Positions 47,121 to 57,952 of a DNA stretch of 64,000 bases are shown here, piece after piece. This DNA comes from Chitinophaga pinensis (lineage in GTDB: Bacteria; Bacteroidota; Bacteroidia; NS11-12g; UBA955). Both the position numbers and the translations under genes were made by a program. The stretch covers positions 427-64,426 of the forward strand of contig CAMAQS010000001.1 in NCBI GenBank assembly GCA_945860565.1, in the 5' to 3' direction. The notes beneath the pieces were generated by a model. It worked only from the letters and a program-made list of their open reading frames with translations. It made no database searches and was not told the DNA's origin. The number at the start of each line of letters is the position of its first letter. The stretch's first letter is position 1.

Positions 47121-49496
47121 ATGAATAATTATAATGTAGTTTATTTAATTCCACTTTTAGGTGTAATTAGCTTGGTGGTTATGGCCATCAAAAGTGCATG
47201 GGTGTCTAAACAAAATGCGGGAGATGAAAAAATGCAAAACCTCGCTGGCAAGATTGCTGCTGGAGCCATGGCATTTTTGCGCGCTGAATGGAAAGTACTT
47301 TCCTATTTTGCAATTATAGCTGCCGCGTTGTTGGCCTATAGTGGCACCATTCATGAAGTAAATGGAAATCAAATCCATTCTCATTGGATCATCGCTGTTG
47401 CGTTTTTAATTGGGGCATTTTTCTCTGCTTTGGCCGGTTATTTCGGTATGAGAATTGCCACCAAAGCAAATGTTAGAACAACTCAAGCAGCAAAAACTAG
47501 CTTAGCGCAAGCCTTAAAAGTAAGTTTCAACGGTGGAACCGTTATGGGACTTGGGGTTGCTGGTTTGGCTGTTATTGGTCTTGGTGGATTGTTTATTGTG
47601 TTTTATCAAGCATTTGTCACAAATCAACCTTTAGATCCCAATGGATTAAAAAGAGCCATTGAAGTTCTTACCGGATTTTCATTGGGTGCTGAATCTATCG
47701 CACTTTTTGCCCGTGTAGGTGGTGGAATTTATACAAAAGCGGCAGACGTTGGAGCCGATTTAGTTGGTAAAGTTGAAGCTGGTATCCCAGAAGATGATCC
47801 AAGAAACCCTGCTACAATCGCAGATAACGTGGGTGACAACGTAGGTGACGTGGCTGGTATGGGTGCCGATTTATTTGGCTCTTATGTAGCAACAATCTTG
47901 GCTACCATGGTTCTTGGAAGTGAAATAGTTGTAACTGATAATTTTAATGGTTTATCACCCGTATTGTTGCCAATGTTAATTGCTGGCATGGGTATTATAT
48001 TCTCCATCGTTGGGACTTTGTTTGTTCGTATAAAAGACGACAAAGGCAATGTACAAAATGCGCTAAATCTTGGAAACTGGTCTAGTATCGTTTTAACAGC
48101 AGTTGCTTCGTATTTCTTGGTGAATTGGATGATTCCATCAGGCGAATTGATGTTGAGAGACTTTGTTTTTACTGCAAATGATGTGTTTTCTGCAATTATT
48201 GTTGGTCTTGTAGTTGGAGCCATTATGAGTATCGTAACGGAATATTATACCGCTATGGGTAAAAAACCGGTACTTTCTATTGTACAAAAATCTGGTACAG
48301 GACACGCTACCAACATCATTGGTGGTTTGGCTGTGGGCATGGAATCAACTGTTATTCCAATTTTAGTTTTGGCAGCTGGTATTTATACTTCTCACTATTT
48401 TGCTGGATTATACGGTGTAGCCATTGCCGCTGCCGGTATGATGGCAACCACTGCCATGCAATTGGCTATTGACGCTTTTGGTCCTATTGCAGACAATGCA
48501 GGTGGAATTGCTGAAATGGCTGAACTTCCAGAAGAAGTTAGAGGAAGAACTGATATTTTAGACGCAGTTGGAAACACTACTGCCGCTTCTGGTAAAGGTT
48601 TTGCCATCGCTTCTGCTGCCTTGACATCATTGGCTTTATTTGCCGCATTTGTTGGAGTTGCTGGTATTAATAGCATAGATATTTACAAAGCAGATGTATT
48701 GTCTGGTTTGTTTGTAGGTGCAATGATTCCATTCATCTTCTCTGCTCTTTGTATTAGTGCTGTTGGACGTGCTGCAATGGATATGGTTAAAGAAGTTAGA
48801 AGACAGTTCAGAGAAATTCCAGGTATTATGGAATATAAAGCAGAGCCAGAATATGAAAAATGCGTTGAAATTTCTACAAAAGCTTCTATTCGCGAAATGA
48901 TGTTACCCGGTGCAATTGCTTTAATTTCTCCTGTTTTGGTGGGATTCTTATTCGGTCCAGAAGTATTGGGCGGTATGTTGGCTGGTATCACAGTATCTGG
49001 TGTGTTAATGGGTATATTCCAAAATAACGCAGGTGGAGCTTGGGATAATGCCAAGAAATCATTTGAAAAAGGAGTATTAATTGATGGTGAAATGTTTTAC
49101 AAAAAATCTGAACCACATAAAGCATCTGTTACTGGTGACACTGTTGGTGATCCATTTAAAGATACCAGTGGACCTTCAATGAATATTTTGATTAAACTAA
49201 CTTCAATCGTTTCTTTAATTATTGCCCCTTATATTGCTGCAGGTAGCGGTTCTAACTATGGAAAAGCAGGGGACGATTGTTGCAAACCAAAAACCGAAAT
49301 GCATTGTGATTCTAGTGCTGCAAAGTCAAAATGTTGCACCGATGATTGTAAAACCATGACATTAGAACAGTGTATGGCCAAATGCGATAGCATGGGTTGC
49401 GATTCAAGCGAAAGAGCAATGTGTAAATCACAATACGATAAACAAGGTAAATACATTGGCAGCAAAGACAAAAAATGCTGCTCAGATAAGAAATAA
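47121..49496 (+). CDS. hppA: Membrane-bound ion-translocating pyrophosphatase, K+-dependent type, with a Cys-rich C-terminal extension
   Basis: The conserved blocks are [54 protein letters not shown] and [22 protein letters not shown]. The Ala in GNTTAA marks the K+-dependent class. An extra 84-aa tail carries 12 Cys. Confidence 0.92.
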   Translation: MNNYNVVYLIPLLGVISLVVMAIKSAWVSKQNAGDEKMQNLAGKIAAGAMAFLRAEWKVLSYFAIIAAALLAYSGTIHEVNGNQIHSHWIIAVAFLIGAFFSALAGYFGMRIATKANVRTTQAAKTSLAQALKVSFNGGTVMGLGVAGLAVIGLGGLFIVFYQAFVTNQPLDPNGLKRAIEVLTGFSLGAESIALFARVGGGIYTKAADVGADLVGKVEAGIPEDDPRNPATIADNVGDNVGDVAGMGADLFGSYVATILATMVLGSEIVVTDNFNGLSPVLLPMLIAGMGIIFSIVGTLFVRIKDDKGNVQNALNLGNWSSIVLTAVASYFLVNWMIPSGELMLRDFVFTANDVFSAIIVGLVVGAIMSIVTEYYTAMGKKPVLSIVQKSGTGHATNIIGGLAVGMESTVIPILVLAAGIYTSHYFAGLYGVAIAAAGMMATTAMQLAIDAFGPIADNAGGIAEMAELPEEVRGRTDILDAVGNTTAASGKGFAIASAALTSLALFAAFVGVAGINSIDIYKADVLSGLFVGAMIPFIFSALCISAVGRAAMDMVKEVRRQFREIPGIMEYKAEPEYEKCVEISTKASIREMMLPGAIALISPVLVGFLFGPEVLGGMLAGITVSGVLMGIFQNNAGGAWDNAKKSFEKGVLIDGEMFYKKSEPHKASVTGDTVGDPFKDTSGPSMNILIKLTSIVSLIIAPYIAAGSGSNYGKAGDDCCKPKTEMHCDSSAAKSKCCTDDCKTMTLEQCMAKCDSMGCDSSERAMCKSQYDKQGKYIGSKDKKCCSDKK

Positions 49497-49519
49497 TTTT
49501 ATTTTTTGAATCTTTTAAA

Positions 49520-49551
49520 AAAACCGCTTTCTAAACGAAGCGGTTTTTTTA
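49520..49551 (+). terminator. Rho-independent terminator after hppA
   Basis: The stem ACCGCTT/AAGCGGT has an 8-nt loop, an A-tract before it and TTTTTTT after it. Confidence 0.75.
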
Positions 49552-49618
49552 TTTAATTCTTGCGCTATAAATCCAAAAAATTGCCAATATTTGTGTGTTT
49601 ATAAAACACTCCTGCCCT

Positions 49619-50677
49619 ATGCCCAAATTCTTATTTATATTTTTATGCCTGTTTATCAATATGGCAAAAGCTCAAAACCTGGCTTACTATGTAACGAGCA
49701 ATTATAAAAATGCGGACTTGGTTTTGGTTAATTTGGACACAAATCAATTTGGAATAAAAAGAGTTTATGCTTTTGGTGATACGATTCAAGAACTATTAAC
49801 CAAACGTAATTCCTTATTACCGGATAAATTCCTCAAGCCTTTTGCATTTCCGAAATATTCCGTTTCCCCAGAAACTTCAAAAACATCACCGTTTAGTGTT
49901 AGGGGTTATAATTCTGATAAATTCGATAGCGTTAAAGTACTGGACAAATGGCACAAATTTTTTGTTCACCAAGACGATGATGGGTTTGTTGGAGTAAGAC
50001 CCAATCAAACAAACCGTTACATTTTGGCAAATGGAATTGGTATTGTATACAGTGAATCCAACTACATGGATAGACATAAAGTGTATATGTATAGCCATCA
50101 AGATACTTCAAAACAAAGGATACTTTTGAGTATTTTCGATTATGCCAAGAATCAATATCCATGGTTTGAACAAATTAAAATTTCTACCAATTCTCAAAAT
50201 TACAGATTTAATAAAATCTTTCAACTGTTAAAAAGTAGTTGGCTTGAATCTCACAATCATCTCAAAAATGTTTCCGTGAAAACCACACAAATAAATAAAT
50301 CAATACACTACAAAGCAACCATTAAAAACACCTCTCAAATACCATATTTCATTCCTAGATACGCTAATATAGGGCCTTCCAAGGCCATTGTTCAATTTGA
50401 AGATAGTACGTTCATGAACTCGGATTTGCGATACTCCATTTCTGGAAGCTCTTACAAAAATTTAAATGAAAACATCTATTTAAATCCCGGTCAAGAAGTT
50501 GAAATTTCGCATCAATTTTATGAACTTGATGGCTGTCCAAATTGCATTAAAGTGATTTACGAAGGTTGCCAAGTCAAAAGTAACGTCAAGCTGCTTTATT
50601 GGTTAACCAACCAAACCACAATGTTTAAAAACACAAGTTTTACGTTATATAATCAAAATAAGGTTTTTGGATATTAA
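49619..50677 (+). CDS. Hypothetical exported protein
   Basis: The ATG at 49619 gives the signal peptide MPKFLFIFLCLFINMAKAQ. No family is recognised. Confidence 0.5.
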   Translation: MPKFLFIFLCLFINMAKAQNLAYYVTSNYKNADLVLVNLDTNQFGIKRVYAFGDTIQELLTKRNSLLPDKFLKPFAFPKYSVSPETSKTSPFSVRGYNSDKFDSVKVLDKWHKFFVHQDDDGFVGVRPNQTNRYILANGIGIVYSESNYMDRHKVYMYSHQDTSKQRILLSIFDYAKNQYPWFEQIKISTNSQNYRFNKIFQLLKSSWLESHNHLKNVSVKTTQINKSIHYKATIKNTSQIPYFIPRYANIGPSKAIVQFEDSTFMNSDLRYSISGSSYKNLNENIYLNPGQEVEISHQFYELDGCPNCIKVIYEGCQVKSNVKLLYWLTNQTTMFKNTSFTLYNQNKVFGY

Positions 50678-50753
50678 ACGCCTCAAAAAACCGAAGTATT
50701 CTCAAAGTTGTTCTAAACACTATCTAAGCCAATACGAATTGCCGATAAATCGA

Positions 50754-53700
50754 CTATTTAAACAAACTTAAACTATCATTCCTTTCAATAATCCGCTGTA
50801 AACTTAATTCCATCGCATTATATCGTAGAATTACTATATCCAACTCTTTTAGGGTATATTCTAATGTGGTTAAATGGGTTTTGGTTGAGCCAAAGAAACT
50901 TTGATTCATTTCACCACTAATTTGAAAAATACGATTTGAAATTCCAGGATTTGTTTCGAATTCTCGGGCAGACAATGCCGTATTTCCATACATTTCAATT
51001 TTAATTATCTTCAATTCGGTTTGAATGGAATTCAGCTCCTTTAATTCATTTGACGGGATTGAAACGGATTGACAATAATCTACTACGACATTTAGTTTTG
51101 TTTGAAAATCCTCAATTTTTTCATTCATTGCGGACACTTTCAACAATGAATTGTTTAATTGTTTCATGACATTTAACCTTTCCTCTAATTGAGAATTAAC
51201 TTTGTCTTTCGATTCATGGAAATAGTAATTCAAATCAAAGGTATTTGACCGAATGACTTGTAACCGCTCATTTTTACCAGTCTGACAAAGCACAAAGTAA
51301 TAAGTTCCTGGATTCACAAACGGCCCCCAAATTGGATCGGGATTGACTTTTTTAACATTGTATCTTATGGTGGATCTACAATTCCATTCGGTAATATTCC
51401 ATTTGCCATCTGGTTTTACTTTCCACTGCGCAATTGGATTAAGGCTATCCAAAGTTGAAAAAATACAGGCTTTCCATTCTGTACCCATTTCCAAAAATTC
51501 GGAAACAACTGAATCTTTTGAAAAATATTTCAAATTTTGACTATTTTCACTTTTTATACTTAGCTTTCTTCTATCGCTCATTTTTTTAGGAATATTATCC
51601 ATAAAATAAAATATCTTAATCCCCTCAGACAAGTTCGTACCGGTATATCTTGCATTGCCATGAAATCCGTTGCCTTTTCCTCCATTTTTTTCATAGGGTA
51701 TATAGACCTTATGATTTCTTGCAACTATCGATTTTAAGGTAATATTGCTTGTAACATAAGTTCTAATTTTCTCATATTCATCGCAAACCACGAATCCTCT
51801 TCCAAATGTGGCAAAAACCAAATCATCTTCGTCTTCTTGATGAACAATCTCTCTAATTGGCACAGCAGGTAATCCCCCCAAAAAAGGAATAAACGATTTC
51901 CCAGCATCTTTTGAAATGAAACAACCAAATTCTGTCCCCACAAGCAATAAATTGGACTCTAATGGGTCTTGGAAAAAACATTTGATTGCACCGTTCTCTG
52001 GAAGTCCACTGCCCAATTTACGCCAATCCTTGCCTTTATTGCTGCTTACATAAATATATGGCTTGAAATCACCTTGTCTGTGATTGTCTAAAGTAACGTA
52101 GAAATCTTCAGTTTTGGGTGAAATATAAACGCTGCTCACAAAAGGAAAAATACTTTGTGTAACTGCTCCCGATTTTGTGGAATATTTTTTTGGCATGAAT
52201 CCCTCAAAAACAATAGACAACTTGCTCCAACTGTTTCCAGCATTGTCAGAATATTGCAAATTACCGTCATCTGTTCCTATGAGTAATTCATTTTCTTTCC
52301 CTTCGCACATCGCCGTGATATTGCCATAATTACTGGTACTTTGATTTTTGGCTACAGATTCAAAATCCCAAATTTTCCCCATTACAGGTATGGTATTTCT
52401 ATCTAAACTTTGGCTTAAATCTGGACTTATTAAATTCCATGAATTTCCATTGTTGTTAGATTTAAAAACTCTATTGGCAGCAAAATACAACACATTATGG
52501 TCGTATTTACTAATAAGCAATGGTGCATCCCAATTCCACCTCAACGGTTTTTCACTCGATTGATTGATGGGTCTAATGTCTACAATTTCACCGGTAATTT
52601 TATCAAATCTAACCAATCCACCATATTGCCATTGGCTGTAAACCAAATTATTATTGGTTGGGTCTATTTGTGTTTTAAATCCATCGCCACCCACGGTTAC
52701 AAACCAATCATCATTAGACAAACCATTGGTTGTGATATTTCTGCTCGGTCCCCCAATTGAGAAATTATCCTGTGTTCCACCGTATATGTTATAAAAGGGT
52801 TTTGTATGATCCACAGAAACGTGATAAAACTGTGTAATGGGTAGGTTTTCAGAAAATCTCCATGTATTTCCTAAATCAAAGGTCTCATACAATCCACCAT
52901 CACATCCCACAAAAAGGTGATTGTTATTTAAAGGATCTATCCAAATGGCGTGATTGTCAACATGTTTGGTGTTTTCACTGATTTTTTGGATGGTTTTGCC
53001 GCCGTCATTTGAATACGTTAAATAAGTATCCATGATATAAATTCTATTTTCGTCGACTGGATCGCAAAAGATTTCCTGATAATAATTTCCACTTGTTTGA
53101 AACGGATTTTGTTTGGTCCAAGAGGCTCCATAATCTCTTGAAATATAAATTCCCCCAGAAAGTGGTTCAGCTTCAATTATAGCATAGATTAGTCCTTTTA
53201 TTTTGGGGGATATAGTAATAGAAATTCTTCCTAGGTCAACATTGGGCAACCCTTCCGTCAATTTATTCCAGGTCTTTCCCTTGTCTAAGCTTTTATATAT
53301 TGCAGATTCGGGACCACCACCCAAATAAGTCCATTCATGTCTTCTTCGTTGATGAGCGCAAGCATATAATATTTGGGCATCAAATGGATCTTGGTGAATC
53401 TCATTAAAACCGGTATTCTCAGAAACAGATAAATCTAAATTCCAAGTAACTCCTCCATCTGTGGTGTGGTAAATGCCTCGTTCACCACCTTCATTCCAAA
53501 CAGAACCATAGGCAGCAACCCATATTTCATTAGAGTTTTCACGGTTTATTTCAATTTTACCAATAGAAAATGATTTATCTAAACCCATTTTCACAAACGA
53601 TTTTCCCCCGTTGGTGCTTTTGTAAATCCCATTTCCATATCCAACGCTTCTTTGGTTGTTATTTTCGCCAGTTCCTACCCAAATAATATTGGGATTCTTC

Positions 53701-54017
53701 GAATCAATTTTTAGACAACCAATACTTTGAGTGCCGTATTTTTCGAAAATGGGCGAAAAAGTTGTTCCATGATTTGTGGTTTTCCAAACACCACCATAAG
53801 CGGCTGCCACATAAAATTCATCCGAATTTGATGGATTAACAGCAATATCAACTATCCGACCACTTGTTGTGGCAGGCCCAATCATTCTATATGGTATTTT
53901 TCCGATGAAGCTTGAAAATGCGGAGTCTACAGGACTTGTTACCGGTTTAATATTGTTTTTTTGTGCTAAACTCAAATGACAAAAAAGGATGGTTGCGCTT
54001 AGTATGATTCTATTCAT
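50754..54017 (-). CDS. BNR/Asp-box repeat (sortilin/VPS10-like) double-propeller protein, no T9SS CTD
   Basis: It has a signal peptide and at least 10 Asp-box-like motifs (TTNHGTTF, STNGGKSF, TTDGGVTW, SLDKGKTW, SRDYGASW, SNNNGNSW, SDNAGNSW, SSNKGKDW…). The C-terminal ~200 aa are helical or coiled-coil-like. Confidence 0.75.
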   Translation of the reverse strand: MNRIILSATILFCHLSLAQKNNIKPVTSPVDSAFSSFIGKIPYRMIGPATTSGRIVDIAVNPSNSDEFYVAAAYGGVWKTTNHGTTFSPIFEKYGTQSIGCLKIDSKNPNIIWVGTGENNNQRSVGYGNGIYKSTNGGKSFVKMGLDKSFSIGKIEINRENSNEIWVAAYGSVWNEGGERGIYHTTDGGVTWNLDLSVSENTGFNEIHQDPFDAQILYACAHQRRRHEWTYLGGGPESAIYKSLDKGKTWNKLTEGLPNVDLGRISITISPKIKGLIYAIIEAEPLSGGIYISRDYGASWTKQNPFQTSGNYYQEIFCDPVDENRIYIMDTYLTYSNDGGKTIQKISENTKHVDNHAIWIDPLNNNHLFVGCDGGLYETFDLGNTWRFSENLPITQFYHVSVDHTKPFYNIYGGTQDNFSIGGPSRNITTNGLSNDDWFVTVGGDGFKTQIDPTNNNLVYSQWQYGGLVRFDKITGEIVDIRPINQSSEKPLRWNWDAPLLISKYDHNVLYFAANRVFKSNNNGNSWNLISPDLSQSLDRNTIPVMGKIWDFESVAKNQSTSNYGNITAMCEGKENELLIGTDDGNLQYSDNAGNSWSKLSIVFEGFMPKKYSTKSGAVTQSIFPFVSSVYISPKTEDFYVTLDNHRQGDFKPYIYVSSNKGKDWRKLGSGLPENGAIKCFFQDPLESNLLLVGTEFGCFISKDAGKSFIPFLGGLPAVPIREIVHQEDEDDLVFATFGRGFVVCDEYEKIRTYVTSNITLKSIVARNHKVYIPYEKNGGKGNGFHGNARYTGTNLSEGIKIFYFMDNIPKKMSDRRKLSIKSENSQNLKYFSKDSVVSEFLEMGTEWKACIFSTLDSLNPIAQWKVKPDGKWNITEWNCRSTIRYNVKKVNPDPIWGPFVNPGTYYFVLCQTGKNERLQVIRSNTFDLNYYFHESKDKVNSQLEERLNVMKQLNNSLLKVSAMNEKIEDFQTKLNVVVDYCQSVSIPSNELKELNSIQTELKIIKIEMYGNTALSAREFETNPGISNRIFQISGEMNQSFFGSTKTHLTTLEYTLKELDIVILRYNAMELSLQRIIERNDSLSLFK

Positions 54018-55197
54018 GATTTTGTATTTTTTTTAAGTAATTTTCTAATTTTTTGGCAATTATTTTCCAGCTGAAATTTTCTCTAATGTGCTCTCCCCCT
54101 TTTTTTCCCAATTCTTGTCTGAAAGTATCATTGCCAAGTACTTTTAACAAATTATCGATAAATTGTTCAGAAGTTTCGGAAAGCAAAGCGCCTGTATTTT
54201 CAGGAAGTTCCAGACCTTCATATCCCACATGAGTAGTAATAACAGGAATATCCATTGAAAGAGATTCTAACACTTTATTCTGAGTTCCAGCGCCAATTCT
54301 GAGAGGCGAAATTACAACATGTGCTTTGGCATACTCATCAGCCAAATTTGGAATAAATCCCAGTATTTCAATGGTTTCTGAGGCCAATGCCAGTACTTTT
54401 GGAACCGGTCGCTGACCTGCAATAATAAACTTGGCAGAAGGTATTTTACTTACCACAGATGTCCATATTTCTTCAGAAAAATACGTAACCGCATCAATAT
54501 TTGGCGCATAATCCATATTCCCAGTAAACAAAACGCGGTGTTCAATGTATCCAATTTCTTTTCGAGGAGCAAATGCCACTGTGTCTACTCCATTTTGCAA
54601 TAATTGTATGTTTCCTTTGGTTTGGAGGGATAAATACTGTTGATCTTCCTTGCTACAAACTAAAACGATGGGAAATAATGGAAGTATAGATTGTTCGTAT
54701 TTCTCAAGTTTTCGGTATTCGATGTAATTGAAAACTTTGACAAACCAATTCTTTGAGTTTAAAAATCTTCTTTTCCAATATAAGCTGAAAGCATCCGGCA
54801 AGTCTAAAATAGACCTTTCCAATGGTAAAAGAGAATGATACTGGGACATCCTTAAATGTTGTACGTGAATGGCATCAAAGCTGTACTCATTTAATATAGA
54901 AATTAACAACTTTTCAAATGGAGTTGATTTAAAATAAGACACTTGCAAAGGCTTTTTTGAAAACAGACCCATGATGGTATTTAGGTATGATTTGTATTTT
55001 GGAAGATAAACTGCATGCACAGAAGTGAATATTTTATTCAATTCTGGAATATGTTGAAAATCTTCTTTCGATTCTGCAATTGTTACCAAATGGATTTCAT
55101 GTTCACCACAAAGTTCTTTTGCTAAATTGTATATTTTCAGTTTATCACCTCTAAATGGCGGAAAGGGCATTCGATTTGCGACAAAAAGTAATCTCAT
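54010..55197 (-). CDS. Glycosyltransferase family 4 (GT-B)
   Basis: The C-terminal GT4 block is VISPLRIGAGTQNKVLESLSMDIPVITT (E-x7-E-like region). The length of 395 aa fits. It overlaps the downstream BNR gene by 8 nt. Confidence 0.8.
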   Translation of the reverse strand: MRLLFVANRMPFPPFRGDKLKIYNLAKELCGEHEIHLVTIAESKEDFQHIPELNKIFTSVHAVYLPKYKSYLNTIMGLFSKKPLQVSYFKSTPFEKLLISILNEYSFDAIHVQHLRMSQYHSLLPLERSILDLPDAFSLYWKRRFLNSKNWFVKVFNYIEYRKLEKYEQSILPLFPIVLVCSKEDQQYLSLQTKGNIQLLQNGVDTVAFAPRKEIGYIEHRVLFTGNMDYAPNIDAVTYFSEEIWTSVVSKIPSAKFIIAGQRPVPKVLALASETIEILGFIPNLADEYAKAHVVISPLRIGAGTQNKVLESLSMDIPVITTHVGYEGLELPENTGALLSETSEQFIDNLLKVLGNDTFRQELGKKGGEHIRENFSWKIIAKKLENYLKKIQNHE

Positions 55198-55202
55198 TGT
55201 GA

Positions 55203-55210
55203 CAAAAATA
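55203..55210 (-). promoter_or_regulatory. Bacteroidota -7 promoter box (TATTTTTG), 5 nt upstream of the GT4 ATG
   Basis: The reverse complement of caaaaata is TATTTTTG. The spacer is tcaca and the ATG (minus strand) is at 55197. Confidence 0.45.
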
Positions 55211-55250
55211 CCCCGAAAATTTGAAAGTATGTGGTATTATTGTATAAGCA

Positions 55251-56441
55251 ATGGAACTAAGTACGAGATTAGACACGGTAATTGAAAGTCAAACCTTGGC
55301 AATGACAAAAAAAGCTAGGGAATTAAAGGAAAAAGGACACGATGTCATAAATTTAAGCATAGGTGAGCCTGATTTTGATACCCCTTTATCTATTTGTGAT
55401 GCCGCAACCGTAGCAATGCAACAGGGAGATACCCACTATACTCCAGTTTTGGGCTCGTTAAAATTTAGACAAGCCATACAATCCAAGCTAAAAAGAGAAA
55501 ATAATCTTGATTTCGAATTAAACCAGATTATTGTGAGTAATGGAGCGAAACAAAGTCTTTTTAACGCCATTATGTCTATCATAAATCCAGGAGACGAAGT
55601 GATTTTGCCCTCACCATTTTGGGTAAGTTACCCATCAATGGTGAAGTTTGCTGGCGGAATCTGCAAAGAAATACGCAGTTCCATCGAATCAGATTTTAAG
55701 GTTTCAGCCCAGCAAATTGAAGCTGAAATTACGGATAAAACAAAAATGATTATTTTTTCATCTCCTTGCAATCCAAGTGGTTCAGTATTGTCACTTAAAG
55801 AATTACAAGAATGGGTAAGTGTTTTGGAAAAACATCCCAATATCACCATCGTTAGCGATGAGATTTACGAAAAAATCAATTATACAGATAAATTCATTTC
55901 TATTGCTAGCTTTCCGAGTATAAAAGACAGAGTAGTTGTTGTAAACGGACTTTCAAAGGGATTTGCTATGACTGGATGGCGAATTGGTTATTTGGCCGGT
56001 CCAATTGAATTGGTGAAGGCTTGTGAAAAATTTCAAGGATTAATTTCAAGTGGTGCGAATTCAATTGCCCAAAGCGCGGGTTGCGAAGCTTTAAATGGAG
56101 ACCAATCAGAGGTATCTAGAATGCGTGATATTTTCGAAAATCGAAGAAATTTAATGTACGAACATTTGAAAAACATTCCCGGAATTAAAGTAAATGTACC
56201 AGAAGGCGCATTTTACTGCTTTCCAGATGTATCTTATTATTTAAATAAATCGCACAATAGCTATAAAATCAAGAATACAGAGGATTTATGTATCTATTTA
56301 TTGGAAAATGCACTTGTTTCTACAGTTTCGGGAGATGCTTTTGGCTCTCCAGAATGCATTAGATTGTCCTATGCAACTTCAGAAGATTTGATTGTTGAAT
56401 CCATAAAACGTATAAAAACAGCATTAGAACAGTTGAAATAA
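55251..56441 (+). CDS. Class I pyridoxal-phosphate-dependent aminotransferase (aspartate aminotransferase-like)
   Basis: The PLP-lysine region is NGLSKGFAMTGWRIGY, and SPCNPSG and GEPDFDTP motifs are present. The length is 396 aa. Confidence 0.85.
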   Translation: MELSTRLDTVIESQTLAMTKKARELKEKGHDVINLSIGEPDFDTPLSICDAATVAMQQGDTHYTPVLGSLKFRQAIQSKLKRENNLDFELNQIIVSNGAKQSLFNAIMSIINPGDEVILPSPFWVSYPSMVKFAGGICKEIRSSIESDFKVSAQQIEAEITDKTKMIIFSSPCNPSGSVLSLKELQEWVSVLEKHPNITIVSDEIYEKINYTDKFISIASFPSIKDRVVVVNGLSKGFAMTGWRIGYLAGPIELVKACEKFQGLISSGANSIAQSAGCEALNGDQSEVSRMRDIFENRRNLMYEHLKNIPGIKVNVPEGAFYCFPDVSYYLNKSHNSYKIKNTEDLCIYLLENALVSTVSGDAFGSPECIRLSYATSEDLIVESIKRIKTALEQLK

Positions 56442-56447
56442 CCGACT

Positions 56448-56455
56448 TATATTTG
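56448..56455 (+). promoter_or_regulatory. Bacteroidota -7 promoter box (TATATTTG), 5 nt upstream of the ATG at 56461
   Basis: Perfect TAnnTTTG match. The spacer is cataa. Confidence 0.45.
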
Positions 56456-56460
56456 CATAA

Positions 56461-57459
56461 ATGAGTGAAGCAAAGGACTTAGATTTTATATTTCAAAAAT
56501 TCCAAGGTTTACGAGTGTTAATCGTAGGCGATGTAATGGTTGATAATTATATCATTGGTAAGGTAGAACGTGTCTCTCCTGAAGCGCCAGTGCCTGTTGT
56601 GGATGTTGAAACATTGGATTCAAGATTGGGTGGCGCTGGAAATGTGGCACTTAACATAAAAGCAATGGGTGCCATACCAATTATGTGTTCTGTTATTGGT
56701 AATGACAAAGAAGGTTTCGAGTTAAAAAAACTACTTGAAGAACAAGGACTATATTCTAAAGCAATATTAACTAGTGATAAGCGTAAAACGACTACCAAAA
56801 CACGGATATTGGGAAACAATCACCAGTTATTGCGCATTGATCATGAAATCAAATCGGATTTAGATACCTTGGATTCATTTTTGCTGGAAGAACATTTTAA
56901 CCGAGAAATCGAAAATGCTGATGTTGTTATTTTTGAAGATTACAACAAAGGCGTTTTACATAAAGGCAACATTGAAAAGTTCATTGCCAAAGCCAATTCT
57001 TTAAATATTCCATCCATTGTAGACCCAAAGAAAAACAACTTTTTGTTGTATTCCAACACAACCCTATTTAAACCAAACTTGAAAGAAATTAAGGAAGGGT
57101 TGAATGTTGAATTCTCTACAAATGAAATCGACGAAATAAAAGATGCCGTTAAGGTGTTAGAAGCGAAATTGTCAAATAAATCGACCATGGTCACACTCAG
57201 TGAGCGCGGTGTTTTAATAAGCGAAAATGGAAACTTCCATCAAATACCAGCCCACATCCGCAAAATAGCTGACGTATCAGGTGCTGGAGATACGGTAGTA
57301 AGTGTTGCTGCTTTGTGCTTGGCAATAGGTGTAAACTCCCTATTGATGGCTGAATTGAGTAATTTGGCGGGTGGTTTGGTTTGTGAAAAAAGAGGTGTTG
57401 CCCCAATTGAAAAAGAGGTGCTGCTCGAAGAAGCAAAACGTCTTATTACGGTGTCCTAA
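56461..57459 (+). CDS. rfaE: PfkB-family sugar kinase, D-glycero-beta-D-manno-heptose-7-phosphate kinase-like (RfaE domain I)
   Basis: The segments VLIVGDVMVDNYIIGKVERVSPEAPVPV, GGAGNVALN and DVSGAGDT match the RfaE/HldE kinase-domain pattern. No adenylyltransferase domain is attached. Confidence 0.7.
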   Translation: MSEAKDLDFIFQKFQGLRVLIVGDVMVDNYIIGKVERVSPEAPVPVVDVETLDSRLGGAGNVALNIKAMGAIPIMCSVIGNDKEGFELKKLLEEQGLYSKAILTSDKRKTTTKTRILGNNHQLLRIDHEIKSDLDTLDSFLLEEHFNREIENADVVIFEDYNKGVLHKGNIEKFIAKANSLNIPSIVDPKKNNFLLYSNTTLFKPNLKEIKEGLNVEFSTNEIDEIKDAVKVLEAKLSNKSTMVTLSERGVLISENGNFHQIPAHIRKIADVSGAGDTVVSVAALCLAIGVNSLLMAELSNLAGGLVCEKRGVAPIEKEVLLEEAKRLITVS

Positions 57460-57529
57460 TTTGATTTGAAATAGTCATTTTTTAATTTACCCCTATTAAA
57501 TTGACTTATAAACACATATACCCCTTGAT

Positions 57530-57952
57530 TTGAAGTTAAAGTTTAAGGTACTCGTTCCTGAATCCAATGCTTTCGAATGTCTTTCGGATATGCAAAAATT
57601 TTGCAAAATAAATCCGGTTATTCATAAAATTAAATGGTCAAAAGATCAAGATTATTTGATTTATGAAACGCTAAAATTGGGTCCTCTTCCATATTCCTTT
57701 GTTTACCCTGTTAATATTCAAATTAACACTAAGTTAAAATGTATTGACATGCGGGCTACAGTGATGAAATTGATAAAAATTAATTTGAGATTTGAAATAT
57801 CCACTATTTCTAACATTACAAACATTGATGAAACAATAGACGTGCGCGCATTTTTCCCCTTAAAATGGTTGATTCAACGCATTTTAAAAACACAACACAG
57901 CATCATGTTTCTAAATCTCGAAAAACAATATGCTTTAGAGTTAAATGATTGA
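57530..57952 (+). CDS. Hypothetical protein (possible SRPBCC-fold), TTG start
   Basis: 140-aa ORF with no recognised motif. The fold guess rests only on size and the alternating pattern. Its coding status is not secure. Confidence 0.3.
   Translation: MKLKFKVLVPESNAFECLSDMQKFCKINPVIHKIKWSKDQDYLIYETLKLGPLPYSFVYPVNIQINTKLKCIDMRATVMKLIKINLRFEISTISNITNIDETIDVRAFFPLKWLIQRILKTQHSIMFLNLEKQYALELND

Noticed and set aside
47157-49471. Five antisense ORFs of 71-123 aa inside hppA (for example 47882..48223, 48395..48676 and 48683..49054).
   Set aside because: These are shadow ORFs opposite a strongly conserved, Gly/Ala-rich coding frame. They show no motifs and no start context.
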